Part shown: in pieces, positions 1-12,364 of the stretch
Numbering within the stretch: position 1 is the first letter of the stretch
Layout of the letters: each line of letters begins with the position of its first letter
NCBI RefSeq assembly: GCF_004010195.1
Contig: NC_057719.1
Span: forward strand, 76,552,849 to 76,616,848
DNA length: 64,000 bases
Direction: 5' to 3'
Origin: Chiloscyllium plagiosum
Lineage: Eukaryota
Program-made: the position numbers and the translations under genes
The notes under the pieces: model-generated
Database searches by the model: none
What the model saw: the letters and a program-made list of their open reading frames with translations, nothing else
What the model was told of the DNA's origin: nothing

Positions 1-19
1 CCAAAATAAGAGACTGGTT

Positions 20-175
20 AATCGATCATTTGGATGGGCTAATTGAGGGAGGAATCTTGGAGGACACTGAGTTTGTTGATCTAATTGAACTTTAGCTTAA
101 TGCCTCATCTAAAGGACATCCCACTAATGATACAGCACTCCTTTAGTGCTGCCTTGGGCCACTAATGTCTTGAAC
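20..175 (-). mobile_element. Degenerate DeuSINE (SacSINE1/AmnSINE-like) fragment
   Basis: ...gcctcatctaaaggacat...cagcactcctttagtgctg resembles the reverse complement of the Deu domain seen more completely at 37225-37640 and 63075-63530. Confidence 0.45.
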
Positions 176-993
176 CAACATACACACCTGACAAAAAATT
201 GAAATGTCAAGGTACCACTTTCCTACAGTATGCCCTTTTTCTTTTAAATATAATTATGAGCATTCTCTCTCTTCTAAGAAATCAGTAAGTTATCAGTATA
301 TAGTTTAAGTAAACAGATGTAGGCTTTGTTGAAGGAACTGCTTGGAGAAATTATTGAATTTGACAAATTGTGAGGGAGCTAAATTACATCAATACTGATA
401 CAGTCATCAGCTGGGAACATTTCAGTAAGTTCAGATGTGGCTATGTTGATGCAGCTTCCTCTGCTGTCAGACTCGATAACAACTTCTGAAAAATAATCAC
501 TAAGTGCGGCTCAGCTAATTCCGAGTGATTTATCATTACCACTGGTGACAAGGTTTGCTTTTCAACAATGAATTAGGTCACAAATCCATTTATTCAATAC
601 AACAGATTGAAGCATATAATGTTTATTTGTTCCCCCACACTTACAAAAATTGGGGGATGTCTTGAGTCAAAGTAATTGCTCTGATCTGCTATAACTCTGT
701 ATAATTCTGCTTGAGGGAATCTCAGTGCCCATTGTATATATTGAGAAATGGTCTCTTGTTAATTTACTTTGCTATGCTAAAGCCACGGTATTAGCTGTTA
801 CTGATAGACCAGATCTTTCCACATCTTTTGCTATTTCCTGGTTAGTTTCAATTTCAATTTGGAAGCAAAATTTCAAAGCACTTAATTCTGACTCAAGGAT
901 AGGTTACAAATCCCAAAGTACATAAAAGTGTGGCGCAGGTAAAGTGAGAGGTGGAGCTAATAGCTACATCACACTTGCTCGATTTACTCAATA

Positions 994-1400
994 CATAGAA
1001 AATAGGTGCAGGAATAGGCCATTCGGCCCTTCGAACCTGCACCACCATTCAACATGATCATGGCTAAGCGTGCAATTTCAGTATCCCACTCCTGCGAGGG
1101 CTCCATCCAGCTCCCTCTTGAATATATCTAATAAACTGACCCCAACAGCTTTCTATGGTAGAGAATTCCACAGGTTCACAACTCGGAGTTGAAAAAATTC
1201 GTCCTCATCTCAGTCCTGAATGGTTGACCCCTTATTCTTAGTCTGTGACCCCTAATTCTGGACTTCCCCAAAATCGGGAACATTCTTCCCTCATCTAGCT
1301 TGCCCAGCCCCATCAGTATTTTATATGTTTTGGAGTTATTCCCCAATCCCCATCCAATTCTAAATTCCAGTGAGTAGAAGCCCAGTCTTTCCTCATATAT
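994..1400 (-). mobile_element. CR1-group LINE 3' fragment (family with catagaaaataggtgcaggaataggccattcggccc terminus)
   Basis: Same terminus and body recur at about 21800-22452, 51330-51700 and 54330-54480; interrupted at about 1400 by a + strand CR1 copy. Confidence 0.65.
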
Positions 1401-1915
1401 TGCATACAGTTCTGGTCACCACGCTACCAGATGGATGTGGATGTTTTGGAGAGGGTACAGAAAAGGTTTACCAGGATGTTACCTGATACGGGGGATTTTA
1501 GCTATGAAGAAAGGTTGGTAGACTGGGTTTGTTTTCACTGGAAGACAGGAGGTTGAGGGGTGATTGGATAGTACTTGTAAGATTGTGAATGGCATGGATA
1601 GAGTGAAAAATATGAAGCTTTTCCCTAGGGTGAAACACAGGTTCAAAGTACGTGAGGGGAGGGATGTTTAAAAGAGATTTTCGAGGCAAGTTTTTCACAC
1701 AATCGGTGGTGAGTGCCTGGACTGCACTGCCAGAGGAGGTGGTGGAAGCAGACACAATAGCAGCATTCAAGAAGCATCTGGACGAACACATGAATAGGAA
1801 GAGAATAGATGGATACAGATCCTGTAAGTGAAGACGCTTTTAGTATGAAAGAGCAAAATGTATCAAGCAGGCTTAGAGAGTCAAATGGCCTATTTCTGTG
1901 CCATATTGTTCTTTG
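1401..1915 (+). mobile_element. CR1/HER1-type LINE 3' fragment
   Basis: Typical CR1 ORF2 end (cagttctggtcacc...gagagggtacagaaaaggtttaccaggatgtt...ggaggttgaggggtga) followed by the 3' UTR; homologous to 26070-26585. Confidence 0.85.
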
Positions 1916-4900
1916 CCAGTCCTGTATGGTTCTTTGCCCAAGAACCAGCCTGGCACATCAAATCTGGAGGAGTAGTTGAATGAAGAATGGTCACCCGGGC
2001 ACTTTTCTCAGCTTCTGGGAGAGACAGAAAGTGAGAGAGCACTAAAAGCAGAAATTGAGAGAAGCTGACTAAAATAATGGCCCCACGTCTTGTGGCTGTA
2101 CCTTGAGGGCAGAGAACAGATTTCCAACAGATCCGAACTCAGTTTATGCTGCTTCTAGCCAATAGCTAGGTTAGGTACTGCATTGCAGTTAATTTTAAGA
2201 CCTTTTCTGTACTGAGATCACATGCTGAAAGAGAAAACTTTGCCTTCTAATGCTAGCGCATTAAAGCCATGTGGCAGCCACCTCAACATGAGCGACTCCT
2301 TTCCCCAGACAAAAATCCACCTTTTTACTGAGTTAAGCTAATCCAACTCCCTTATTTTTAGTGTTAGAAGCTAATTTACTGTAGGTTGGTGACAGTTGGG
2401 TGAAAGCAGGATTAGGCTCATCTGCAGCAAAAGTAACCATCTGGCATTATATAGATAACCATTGGGAGATCATATCATATTGCCAATTTTTCCCTGTCTA
2501 ACTCCAAACTCTCAAAGTCAGTGCTGGAGTTGACAAAATCACATAGGCAAGGGATTGGACCTGCACCTCTTCAACTCAACTATTCATTAATGACCTCGGA
2601 GCAAATAAATTAAGTATTGAATATTTTCATTTTTTTTTCCAGTTTTGAAAATTTCCAGAGGTCTGATGGTTCCAACTATTTGTTCTTCATGATGCCTTAT
2701 TGATTTTCAACCAGGCCAGTCCTCCATATAGTGGCCAGGCTGTAGATACAAATTTGACGTAACCATAAATATTAGTTTTACATCATGGGAAAACAAGACA
2801 GTGTGATAATTTAAACTTAAGTGTATGGTTTTTTTATTTATTCTGAATTGTCCCAAGTTGCACCATCTCCTATGTATCTACCTGGGGCTTTAGTGATTGG
2901 AAATGGGCTGATTTGGAGAGCTCATCTGACTTGCTGTCTTCCTATGCTCTGTTGTAGCTATAGCTTATGTCATAGAACAACATTTTTTTGTTACCACAAA
3001 GGACTGTAGGAGATTAATCGTAGCATGTGATTAGTGAAGGACATGGTCAAGTCATCTCATGTGAACTCCTGATCTTAGCACAGCCTCAATGTTTCTGAGC
3101 TACTGCATGTGTTAGAAATATGTATCCTAATTTAAGTTAGTTTTGCCTCCAGTGCATGATCAAATTTGTCCAAGACTTAAAGGAGTTAGAGTATCAATTT
3201 AGGAGTCACTCAGAGATGTTCAAAAAGACTGGTGTGCTCTTGGACACTGCCTTTAGCAGGAGATATTGATGTCTAAACAATTTGATAAAATGTCTTGCTG
3301 AGGAGAAATGTTTTCTCTCATTGAAGTAAATCTCTTCCCTTTACAGCAGTCTAGGTAGGGTCATTGACTATTTTTAAGACCGATGTAGAGAGATAGTTGA
3401 CTAACAAGTAAGGCAACCATTATTGGGGTGGATGGAAATGTGGAATTGAAGCCCCAATCAAATCAGCTATAACCTTATTGAATGACTGAGCAAATTCAAG
3501 GGACTGAATGGCCCTTGGATGTTCACAGGAGAGGGAATAATTTAGGCTGTTTATTTTGTTTTAAGATTCATTTAACTCTAACAATGGTTAGCTCCTTAAT
3601 TGATAAAAATCTAATGGCCTTATCAGCACTCATCACCAAGAGTCCTTCACTAATACTTCATAAACCTGTGATCTCTACAATGCAGGAGGACAAGGGAGGC
3701 TGACGCTTAGGACCACTACCTCTTGAAAGTTCCCCTCCAAGTCATACATCATCCTGACTTGGAAAATTATTGCTGCTCCTTCAGTGTCAAAATCCTGGAA
3801 GTCCCCTTCCCACAGCACCTTGGGCATAATCACTCCACATAGACCATAGTAATTCAAGAGGTTGTCTCACTGTTAGTTTCTTGAGGGCAATGGGGAATGG
3901 GCTTGAAATGATAGCTCAGCCAATGATAACTGACTACTTCAGTAACATCACAAACCCCGAGTCTAAGGGTAGTTGATTAAGGTCTCATTTTTAAAAGTAG
4001 AGCAAAGCTTAATTCCCAAATCCTTAACTGATTTTGTTTAAACTGGCAGGCATAGGGCAATTGTTGGAAATGTTTCTAAGGTATATTTGCTCAGTCATTC
4101 TTCAGCCATGATTGAATGGAAAAGGTAAATTTACTTGAACATGCTGGTGATGGGAGCTCCTGTCTCTGGTTGCACAGCAATTAATTACTCTTTGATTTAA
4201 CAAGTATGAGACTGTCTTAAGGTATTTGCATAAGCTGGCTTACACAGCATAGAAAGTATGATAAGATCTGAAGACTTCTATTTTCAGCATTGAGTTCACA
4301 AACTAAGTGATTGCTAGACAAAACCCAGCTCTACAGTAAGCTTTTTCCACTGACAGCTCTCCTCTCCGGGAAGAAAAGTGCTGGAAAATGCAGTCCATTA
4401 GACCATCCAAAAATTGACACTCAGAATTTTCACACAGATCTTCACTTAGTACATTTGGCCTCTGAAATTGGCCGTACTGAAAACAGAAAGAATTTGGTTA
4501 TATCTTAATAGAAATGGACTTATGCCATATCAATATATAATACCCAAGTGAAAATTGAGCATTAATTCAGTCTGTCTGAGTTAACAGGCAAAACCTAAAA
4601 GCAGCAGTTCATGTAGTATCGTGATCTGGCAGAGTCTGATTTGTTCTTGGTGTGCTGTACGTAACAGAGCTGACTCTGTCACCTTTTACATCATTTGCAC
4701 CCAAACTGGCAGTGAGGAATGGGATTCATTTGCTTTCGGGATTCATAGACCCTGGCATCCCTTATTACTATCTCACTAATCGTGAAGAGATGTTAGATGT
4801 TACTGTGAAAAAGTGGGTGATGGTGTTGACCATAGCTGTGGGGTACCTTGTAGTCTTGAACTGGGACGTGCCTTCTCTCTAAGGCTTTGTGTGCGTGGCT

Positions 4901-4984
4901 ACAGATCAATCATTCAAATCTGGAGGGTCTTGCTTTCCTTTAATGGTTTAAGTTGGCATACTTATCTCAGATTGTAGTTACTGA

Positions 4985-5180
4985 CAGTGCGCTGGCCTCA
5001 GTGGTTAGCACTGCTGCCTCACAGCGACAGAGACTCTGGATTGATTCCACCCTCAGGTGGAAGGCTGCATGGAGTTTGCACAATCTCCCCATCTCTGTGT
5101 GTGTTTTCTCCCCCAGTCCAGAAACGTGCAAGTTAGCTGGATTGGCCATACTAAATTACCCATCGTGACCAGGGATGTGC
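4985..5180 (+). mobile_element. Degenerate HE1-type V-SINE (5' part)
   Basis: tRNA-like head cagtggttagcactgctgcctcacagcg followed by V-domain-like ggagtttgcacaatctcccc. Confidence 0.75.
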
Positions 5181-5199
5181 AGTCTTCGCATTGGCCTTT

Positions 5200-6600
5200 G
5201 GCATATAAAGCACATCCACGTCCTTTTAGCACAGATTTGGGCTCAGACCTGATTCCTAGGAACGTTGAGAATCTACTTGATTGAGATCACAGAAAATAGA
5301 ATTATTTTGTTTGAGAAAGCGGACTGGTATCTGTGCCTTTGAACCATTACCCAAACATGAGCGAGTGCCCAAACGTGGAAGAGAGGAGAAATGGTGACAT
5401 TTAAAAGGAAGGAAGTTTAAGGTTTGCTGTTTCTCGGCCAGGTCAGCGGATTTTGGTCATGAAGTTGACCGAGTGGGTCAGAACACTTTGTAACGTACAG
5501 CTCCATTACTCTGCTCAGATGCAGCATTTCAGGACAGTTTCGAAGGGAAAAAAAAACATGGTACGCTTTTTCCTAGGTCCCACCAGTCTTCTGGCTGCCA
5601 TTAAATTGGCCAGTTTAAGACTGGAGTTGTGCAGTTTGCTCTTGGACAGCAGGAATCACCTTGACCCTGACACATACTGGCTAGCAGACAGAAGGAAATC
5701 TCAGTCCTTTCTCTGTGGAATTTAAATCGAGGTACAGAAACTCCATGGCAGGCAACAAACACATGGCTACCCGTGTTCTGACAGAGTGGGAATTCTTAAA
5801 GAAAAAATGTTCCATGCGAGAGAACATCAGTTTTAGGGCGACACTGATTGCTTTTTACAAAAACTGCTGCCTCAGCCAAAACACAGACGATAAACAAAGA
5901 AACCATTTAGTCCAACTACGACAGATATCCATTAGCTACATAGAAAGTAAAAAGGGAGAAAAGAGTGTTGAAACCAATTTTTGCCACAGCGGAAGAGATT
6001 AATTGAATTAAAAGCACTCAGCTGCCTGTCTCTCTCTCTCTCTTGCATCAGCATGTGGTTCTTATCAGTAAACTCATTCGGTCGTGGGGGCGAGCTAGCA
6101 CATTTTTACTAAAATGAAAGGGCAGTGGTTCTGTTGAGTCAGTACATTTTCACATTGCTGCAATATAACAGTCTTTCAATTCATTTGGTGTAAGAGCTTT
6201 TACAATGTTTTGGCATTCTCCTCCCTGCTCTCTCTCTCTCTCTTTGTTCATGCCACATATGTAAGATATTGTCTCAGTTTGCAACAATGTCAACAAATGG
6301 TCACATCTGTTTTCCTCACGCATGGTGTCTGGAAGCACCTATTTTGGCGACAAAACCGAGGAGGGGGGTTTGACCAGATTTATTCATGACAGCGGGAACA
6401 ATGAAAGTGAAAACTGGAGGAAAAAGCAGAGTGAGCATTTAAAAGTAAAACCTCGTAGAACTGTTTCGCATTTTAAATCAAGTTTACTGACCTTCACTTG
6501 GTCAATAAAACCAAAACAAGATGTTGCTTTTAGTGACTCGAACCCTTCATTTGGTACTTTGGGAGGCACGTACTCTAAGGTCTAAACGATAGTGAAGATC
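5200..6600. promoter_or_regulatory. CpG-retaining unique segment, candidate promoter/enhancer
   Basis: Visibly more CpG dinucleotides than the flanks; motifs include TTCCTAGGAA (5253-5262), AGGAAGGAAG (about 5406-5415), GAAAGTGAAA (6403-6412) and the duplicated block at 5981-6150. Confidence 0.4.
5981..6150 (+). repeat. Duplicated non-coding block A (copy 1)
   Basis: ttgccacagcggaagagattaattgaattaaaagca...aaaatgaaagggcagtgg...gttgagtcagta recurs at 8673-8836. Confidence 0.9.
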
Positions 6601-6958
6601 ACAGTCAAATCTGCAGGTCTAAGGTATTATTGCTTCAACTTGTGAAGCACAGTTCAGTTGGAATCGATACTGAGTTTATTTACAAGGACATTTTGTGTTT
6701 CTGCCTGGGTTGATATATTTAGCCACACGCTCAAATCAGCAGCTGGACTGCTCATGATGTGGAATCTGAAAGCTGTTCGAGCTATGCAGGTGCTTAGAGA
6801 TGATCAAAACAAGAAATAAAATTGCATCCATCTGAAGGAGGTCAAGCTGAAGCAACATATGCAAAACATGATATGATTCCCTACAAGAGAAACACAAAAA
6901 CCTGGCATGGATTCCCCCCCCCCCCCCCCCTAGCCCGACAAGGGAGACAAAATGTGAC

Positions 6959-7187
6959 TGAGCTGAAAATGTGTTGCTGGAAAAGCGCAGCAGGTCAGGC
7001 AGCATCCAGGGAACAGGAGAATCGACGTTTCGGGCATAAGCCCTTCTTCAGGAATCTCATTCCTGAAGAAGGGCTTATGCCCGAAACGTCGATTCTCCTG
7101 TTCCCTGGATGCTGCCTGACTTGCTGCGCTTTTCCAGCAACACATTTTCAGCTCTGATCTCCAGCATCTGCAGACCTCACTTTCTCC
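6959..7187 (+). mobile_element. Penelope-like pseudo-LTR (pLTR) fold-back insertion
   Basis: 96-bp inverted arms 6960-7055 and 7059-7154 (one mismatch seen); exact 14-bp TSD agacaaaatgtgac at 6945-6958 and 7188-7201; same pLTR as in the GIY-YIG-bearing copies at 31892 and 57860-57997. Confidence 0.92.
7059..7094 (+). ncRNA. Minimal type I hammerhead ribozyme motif in PLE pLTR
   Basis: CTGAAGA-a-GGGC-ttat-GCCC-GAAA-CG-TC core; a mirror copy lies on the - strand in the left arm. Confidence 0.65.
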
Positions 7188-7700
7188 AGACAAAATGTGA
7201 CGCTGACGTTAACATTTCCTCAGGGTTCTCTTCTCCGCCCACTAAGCAGACAGTGAGATCCTGCCCCTGCCACCACCCTCGTGCTCCCGGTGAACACGCG
7301 ACTCAGGAGTAAGCCTCCTGCCCCAATGCAGTGTCTGTCAGGTCCCAAAGTTCCACGGCGGGGATGGTCACTGTTTGGACTGTGGGGTGGCGGCAATGCT
7401 AGTTAGCCAGAGATGGGGAGGGAGGGGTAAGAAAGAACTGTGTTGCCTCTATTAGGTTCAAGGGACCTATAAAATAAGGATCTCCTCACTCTGTAGTCCA
7501 AGAAATGAAAAGTGGCACCCTTCAAATGGGGTCCCTTCCTCCACCCACCAGAGAATTGTTACAAGAGGGTGGGAGGAAGCCAGTAAGTGGCCATTAATTA
7601 CCTCAATTGACCCAAGGACAGCAGGGACATCTCACACCTTCCTCACCAGATGATACGTTATGGTCTATTATCCTGCCCCAGAGGTTCATGTCATTCTGGG

Positions 7701-7833
7701 TCATTACATTGTTGAATATTTTATATCCTTCCATCTCATTACCCTTCTCTAGTGCAACATCTATCTTAATCATTGAGAGGGTGACAACACAACTGCTTCC
7801 AGGTCTTTACCATGAGTACAGTATAATTGGCCA
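7701..7833 (+). repeat. Duplicated non-coding block B (copy 1)
   Basis: ttgttgaatattttatatccttcc...ggtctttaccatgagtacagtataattggc aligns without gaps to 10185-10310 (roughly 80% identity by hand). Confidence 0.88.
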
Positions 7834-8672
7834 TTTACAGCTCCCAGAGGACCACACCATTCTGGTTAGGAGTTAGAAAGATCACAGTAGTCATCAGAAA
7901 AATGCATGGACTTAAAGCAATATTATATTTTCCACATTCCTAAAGCAAAATTATGTTGTCATTAAATCTGTCTCCGACAAATTACAAAACCATGTTGTCT
8001 ATACTTTATATATTCTGACCATTGATGAATATAATATGAAGCCATGTTCATATCCATTGATCTAAGGTAGATGTGATCTCGAATGGGTTGTAAAATACCA
8101 TAAATCTAAACCTGTGTCAGACTTGCAAAGACTTCACAGCATTGTGGCATTTTCTAATCTTATATAAAATGGTATAAGCTTATAAACTCAGTTTGAAAAT
8201 AAAGTTGTAAAACTGCAATGGTAAATATTTATTTTAAATCAATAATAGGGCTCCCGCCTGGTCGATTTTCCTTAGCCCAGATTTGACCTCTTCCAGGAAT
8301 CGAACCATCTTCAAAGCTCTCACATTACTGCAATATCCTTCCTTCACAAGTGTTAGTAAGTGCAAGACAGTTCGAGGAATGGAACGATTAAGGTTGGCTA
8401 GTCAGTTATTTGGTGAACTTGGTCATTTCAAAGGCTCAAAATGGAAATAACAACTAATGACTTCTGACAGATTTCATCACCGTTTTGTAAAGTTGCCCTA
8501 TAATCATAAATTCAGCTGTTACTACAATACATTTACACTTGATGGAATAAAATAAGTAGATTATTTTGTTTGCATTTTGTACTTGTGGAATGTACATATC
8601 TGCATCCTTTGGATAATTTGTGATATTTTCTATACATTGGTGTAAGCACACTGATTCATGGGAATGATTGAA

Positions 8673-8836
8673 TTGCCACAGCGGAAGAGATTAATTGAAT
8701 TAAAAGCATTTGGCTGCCTGTCTCTCTCTTGCATCAGCATGTTGTTCTTATCAGTAAGCTCATTTGGTCTTGGGGCTAGCAAGCACATTTTTAATAAAAT
8801 GAAAGGGCAGTGGTACTGTTGAGTCAGTATGTTTTC
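8673..8836 (+). repeat. Duplicated non-coding block A (copy 2)
   Basis: Homologous to 5981-6150. Confidence 0.9.
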
Positions 8837-9886
8837 TACAATCCATGCTATTGCTTATAAAGGCACCCTTGACCCTCTCTCTGTTATATTCAGGCAGACT
8901 GGCTTAGTTTCTTGGCAGCACTGTATACAGAATGCAATCAGTCTGGCTTAGAGTGAGTAAGTAATGGCCATTTTGGTACAATGTCATCTCCACTACCTCG
9001 TGTCCCTCCCACCTCCATTCCCCCACTTGTCAACTTTGCTTCACAAAATTACCAACCTCAGCCTTTACTCCCCACACCACCATCCCCACCACCACCCCCC
9101 AACATGTCCCTCAGCTTAGCTTCCTTCTGACATTGCCTTCCTCTGCCATTACTTTATCTTCATCATTGAAACTATTCCCTTCTGGCTGTTGTTCTAAACT
9201 CACACTGAAGGCGTCCATCTAGTGACAGAGGTTGGTCAGTGCAAGGACTCGATATCTCACTGTACTCACTATAGGCTTCCACTAGATGGAGTGTGATCAA
9301 TCTAGAAGTACAGGTATATTTTTAAATATTGTACGGGGTAAACTGTGTTGTATTTCCTTTGTAGTTAGTGATATGTGTGTTATCTGGAGTCTCGCAAAAT
9401 ATTTCAGCTGTTCATGAATGGTAAAGTATTTTAACTTTTTTATTCCAGGCATAAAATATCCGAAGGAACATAACTCGGACTTTAACATTGATTTGTATGA
9501 GAATCTGATACTCACTTAAAGTCTTTTCTTTTAAAGGCGCAGCTACAACTTTGGAGTGACAAATTACTGTAATGCTCCAAACAGAAACTGTACTTATTGG
9601 GATACAAATAAAATACTGCTAGGGTACAAGATTTTCAATTTGTGTTTTGAAATAGTTTTTGAAAAGCCCATTAGTACAGTGACAAATTCAGATTTTATCA
9701 TAATGTCCATACCAAAATATCCATGTGCTAAGGTTTATAAGGACACAATGGTATCAGTAGCTGTCCAGATATTAATGATTAGGAAGAGTAGGAACAGCTC
9801 ACTCAGTTGAATTCCAGCTTACTTGACTTACATTTATACAGCTTATTCTTGTTGAGGACTCTAACGTGTACAACAGACTGCACATC

Positions 9887-9993
9887 TATTGTGCACCTCT
9901 ATTCCTGATTAAGGGCTTTTGTCCGAAACGTCAATTTTCCTGCTCCTCGGATGCTGCCTGACCTGCTGTGCTTTTCCAGCACCACTCTAATCT
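9887..9993 (+). mobile_element. PLE pLTR fragment with degenerate hammerhead core
   Basis: cctgattaagggcttttgtccgaaacgtc...gatgctgcctgacctgctg; 12-bp TSD agactgcacatc at 9875-9886 and 9994-10005. Confidence 0.8.
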
Positions 9994-10175
9994 AGACTGC
10001 ACATCATCAACCTATTGGAGAAAGAAAATCATTGACCTTTGTTGAACCAAGATGTTGTGTTTTTCAATTGATCTTTGGACACCTGAGTCCTCAGTGATCA
10101 ATGAACTGCAAGATCAAACATCTTCATTCGAGGAAAAGGAGGAGGGGGAAAAGAAGGAAAGTAGTTCACATTGAG

Positions 10176-10309
10176 TCATTGCATTTGTTGAATATTTTAT
10201 ATTCTTCCACCTCATTACCCTTCTCTAATGGAACATACATCTCTCTCATTGGGAGGATGGCGACATGTTTGCATTCGGGTCTTTACCATTAGTACAGTAT
10301 TATTGGCTA
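10176..10309 (+). repeat. Duplicated non-coding block B (copy 2)
   Basis: Homologous to 7701-7833. Confidence 0.88.
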
Positions 10310-10764
10310 CTTGGAGGTTTGGAAAAGTAGACCTTTCACCATGTTGAATGGCAAGGAATGGTGCATTTGGACTGATATATCCAAACAATGGTCAACTATG
10401 ATTGACAACTGGGGTTGATGTCTTAGATATCTAGAATACTTAGATTACTCATTCTGTCTCTCACACACACACAGTTGTCTTTTATTTTAAAATGATACAT
10501 GGTAACTATACAATCCAGTCATTGAAAGCAGCCATTTTGGTCAGACAATCTTTTAGAGATTTCAGAGACATCCTGCCCATTACAACTGGAGGTCAAAACA
10601 ACACTTTCTCTGGTAACACTGTCAAAAATGAAACACAATTTGAGCTCACTGTTGCCTGTATAGTTGTTCATCATTTTATTTGTAGCTAAGGCAGGGAGAA
10701 TCTTAAATTGGGACAAGCTATTGTTTCATAGAGGGAAATTAGAGTTGTAGTAATTTACCTCTTC

Positions 10765-11110
10765 AATCATGGGATGTCTGTTGCTGGCCAGGACAACATT
10801 TATTGCCCATCCCTAATTGCCCAGAAGGCATTTAAGAGTCACCCACATTGCTGTGTTGTCTGGAGTCACATGAAGACCAGACCAGGCAAGGATGGTAGAC
10901 TTTCTTCCCTCAAGATCATGAACCAGATGGATTTTTCCCTGACAATCATCAGTAGTTACTTAGCTGCTGTTAACCAGCTTTCTATTCTAGATTTTTAATG
11001 AATTGCAGTTTCACCACCTACCATGGTGGGATTTAAATCCAAATGCCCAGACCTTAGCCTGGAGTTCTAGATTGTTGGTCCAGTGACATTACTACCACAC
11101 CATCTCCTCC
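10765..11110 (-). mobile_element. Old tRNA-headed SINE with L2/CR1-group tail
   Basis: catttattgcccatccctaattgccc (reverse complement of a LINE-derived tail) at the left end and a tRNA-like head at the right end (ggtgggatttaaatcc...ccagtgacattactacc); related decayed copies near 12905-13195 and 56780-57100. Confidence 0.6.
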
Positions 11111-12364
11111 CCTCCTTCCTCCCTCATGAACCTTGTAAATCTTGTATTCAGTGTTTATCTCTAAATGGATGTTATCATGGTTTAAGCTCATATATGGATC
11201 TTGTATTGAGGGCTTAATATGATGGTTTTCTCATGACTGCTATTTGTGACTGTAATGACTGCCACATATCTTTCCTCCAACAATGTAACCCAAGACAAAC
11301 ATACAATTAGATTTAAGTCATTTAACACTACTTTCATAAGTAGATTTCCTATGTACTGGACACTTTAATCTGAACCCAGGTCAAATAACCCAAAGTTTAC
11401 ATAGAGTAAATGGCATCAATGAGGAGACAGGCAGGAAAGTTCATTGACTATAGTTTTGTGTTGTTGTGTCCTTGCAAAGTCTGGTCAGTTGTATTTATTG
11501 ATATTTTTAAAGGGCAGCTAATTTTAGAACAGGTTTGGGTAGATGAAATGTCAACAAGCATTATAGTAATTTCCTTTTCTCGTACAGTATTGCATAGAGT
11601 TCTTTGCTTTCAGACTGAACAATAGGACATGAAGTCTTTTCACCTTCTTTAACAACAATAATGTAACTGAAGATAAGAATTCTCCATTGAAAACAACTAC
11701 TGTGGTTTCGAGGGCATGGATTTACCCAACGACATTCTGTAGAAAAGCACAGTTTACATCACAGAATGAGGCCACGTGGCCCATTTGATCTTTGCTTATG
11801 CTTTATCCAGAGTATCCTCCCACTGTACCTTCTTCACTTCACTCTTTCAGTCAATCTTTCCTTTCCTTCATCCCTTGTGGTTTTTTTTTCTAATTTCTGC
11901 TTGAACACCAATGATATTCACTCAACCACTCCAGGTGCCTGCGCGTTCTGCATTTGGACCATTCTCCAAGTGGTCCAAATTTTTCCCCATTTTTCCCCAA
12001 ATTCCTTACTGGATTTAACAGCAAGTATCTTTCATTTGTAACCCCTTTGGTGACACAAGGTCAGAAAGACTGATGCAAGTGATAAATTCTATTTATGCCT
12101 CCATTAGCAGCACTACAAGCTTCTCTATGATGTCAAATAGATCCAGCAGTGTTTTATTTGCGTGTATTTTGGAAGGATGATCTTTGAGTGCGACATTGTA
12201 CAGACAGAATTGGGCTGATGGGTCAATTTACCTTTTTGTTTTGTTTCCCTGGTGGATTAGACAAAGAAAACCAGGAAACCAAGAAGCAGCAAGGAGATTG
12301 GGAAGCTTACCTGAATAATGAATGTCACCAATGATTTGAGATTTTAACTAGAATCTGCAATTTG

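Noticed and set aside
6736..7312. Mirror ORFs on both strands (MCCWKSAAGQAASREQENRRFGHKPFFRN...)
   Set aside because: Artefact of the palindromic PLE pLTR; the same peptides recur at every pLTR copy
7607..10292. Similar peptides LLNILYPSISLPFS / LLNILYSSTSLPFS as paralogous exons
   Set aside because: Substitutions show no third-position bias and copy 2 has an in-frame stop; treated as a non-coding duplication
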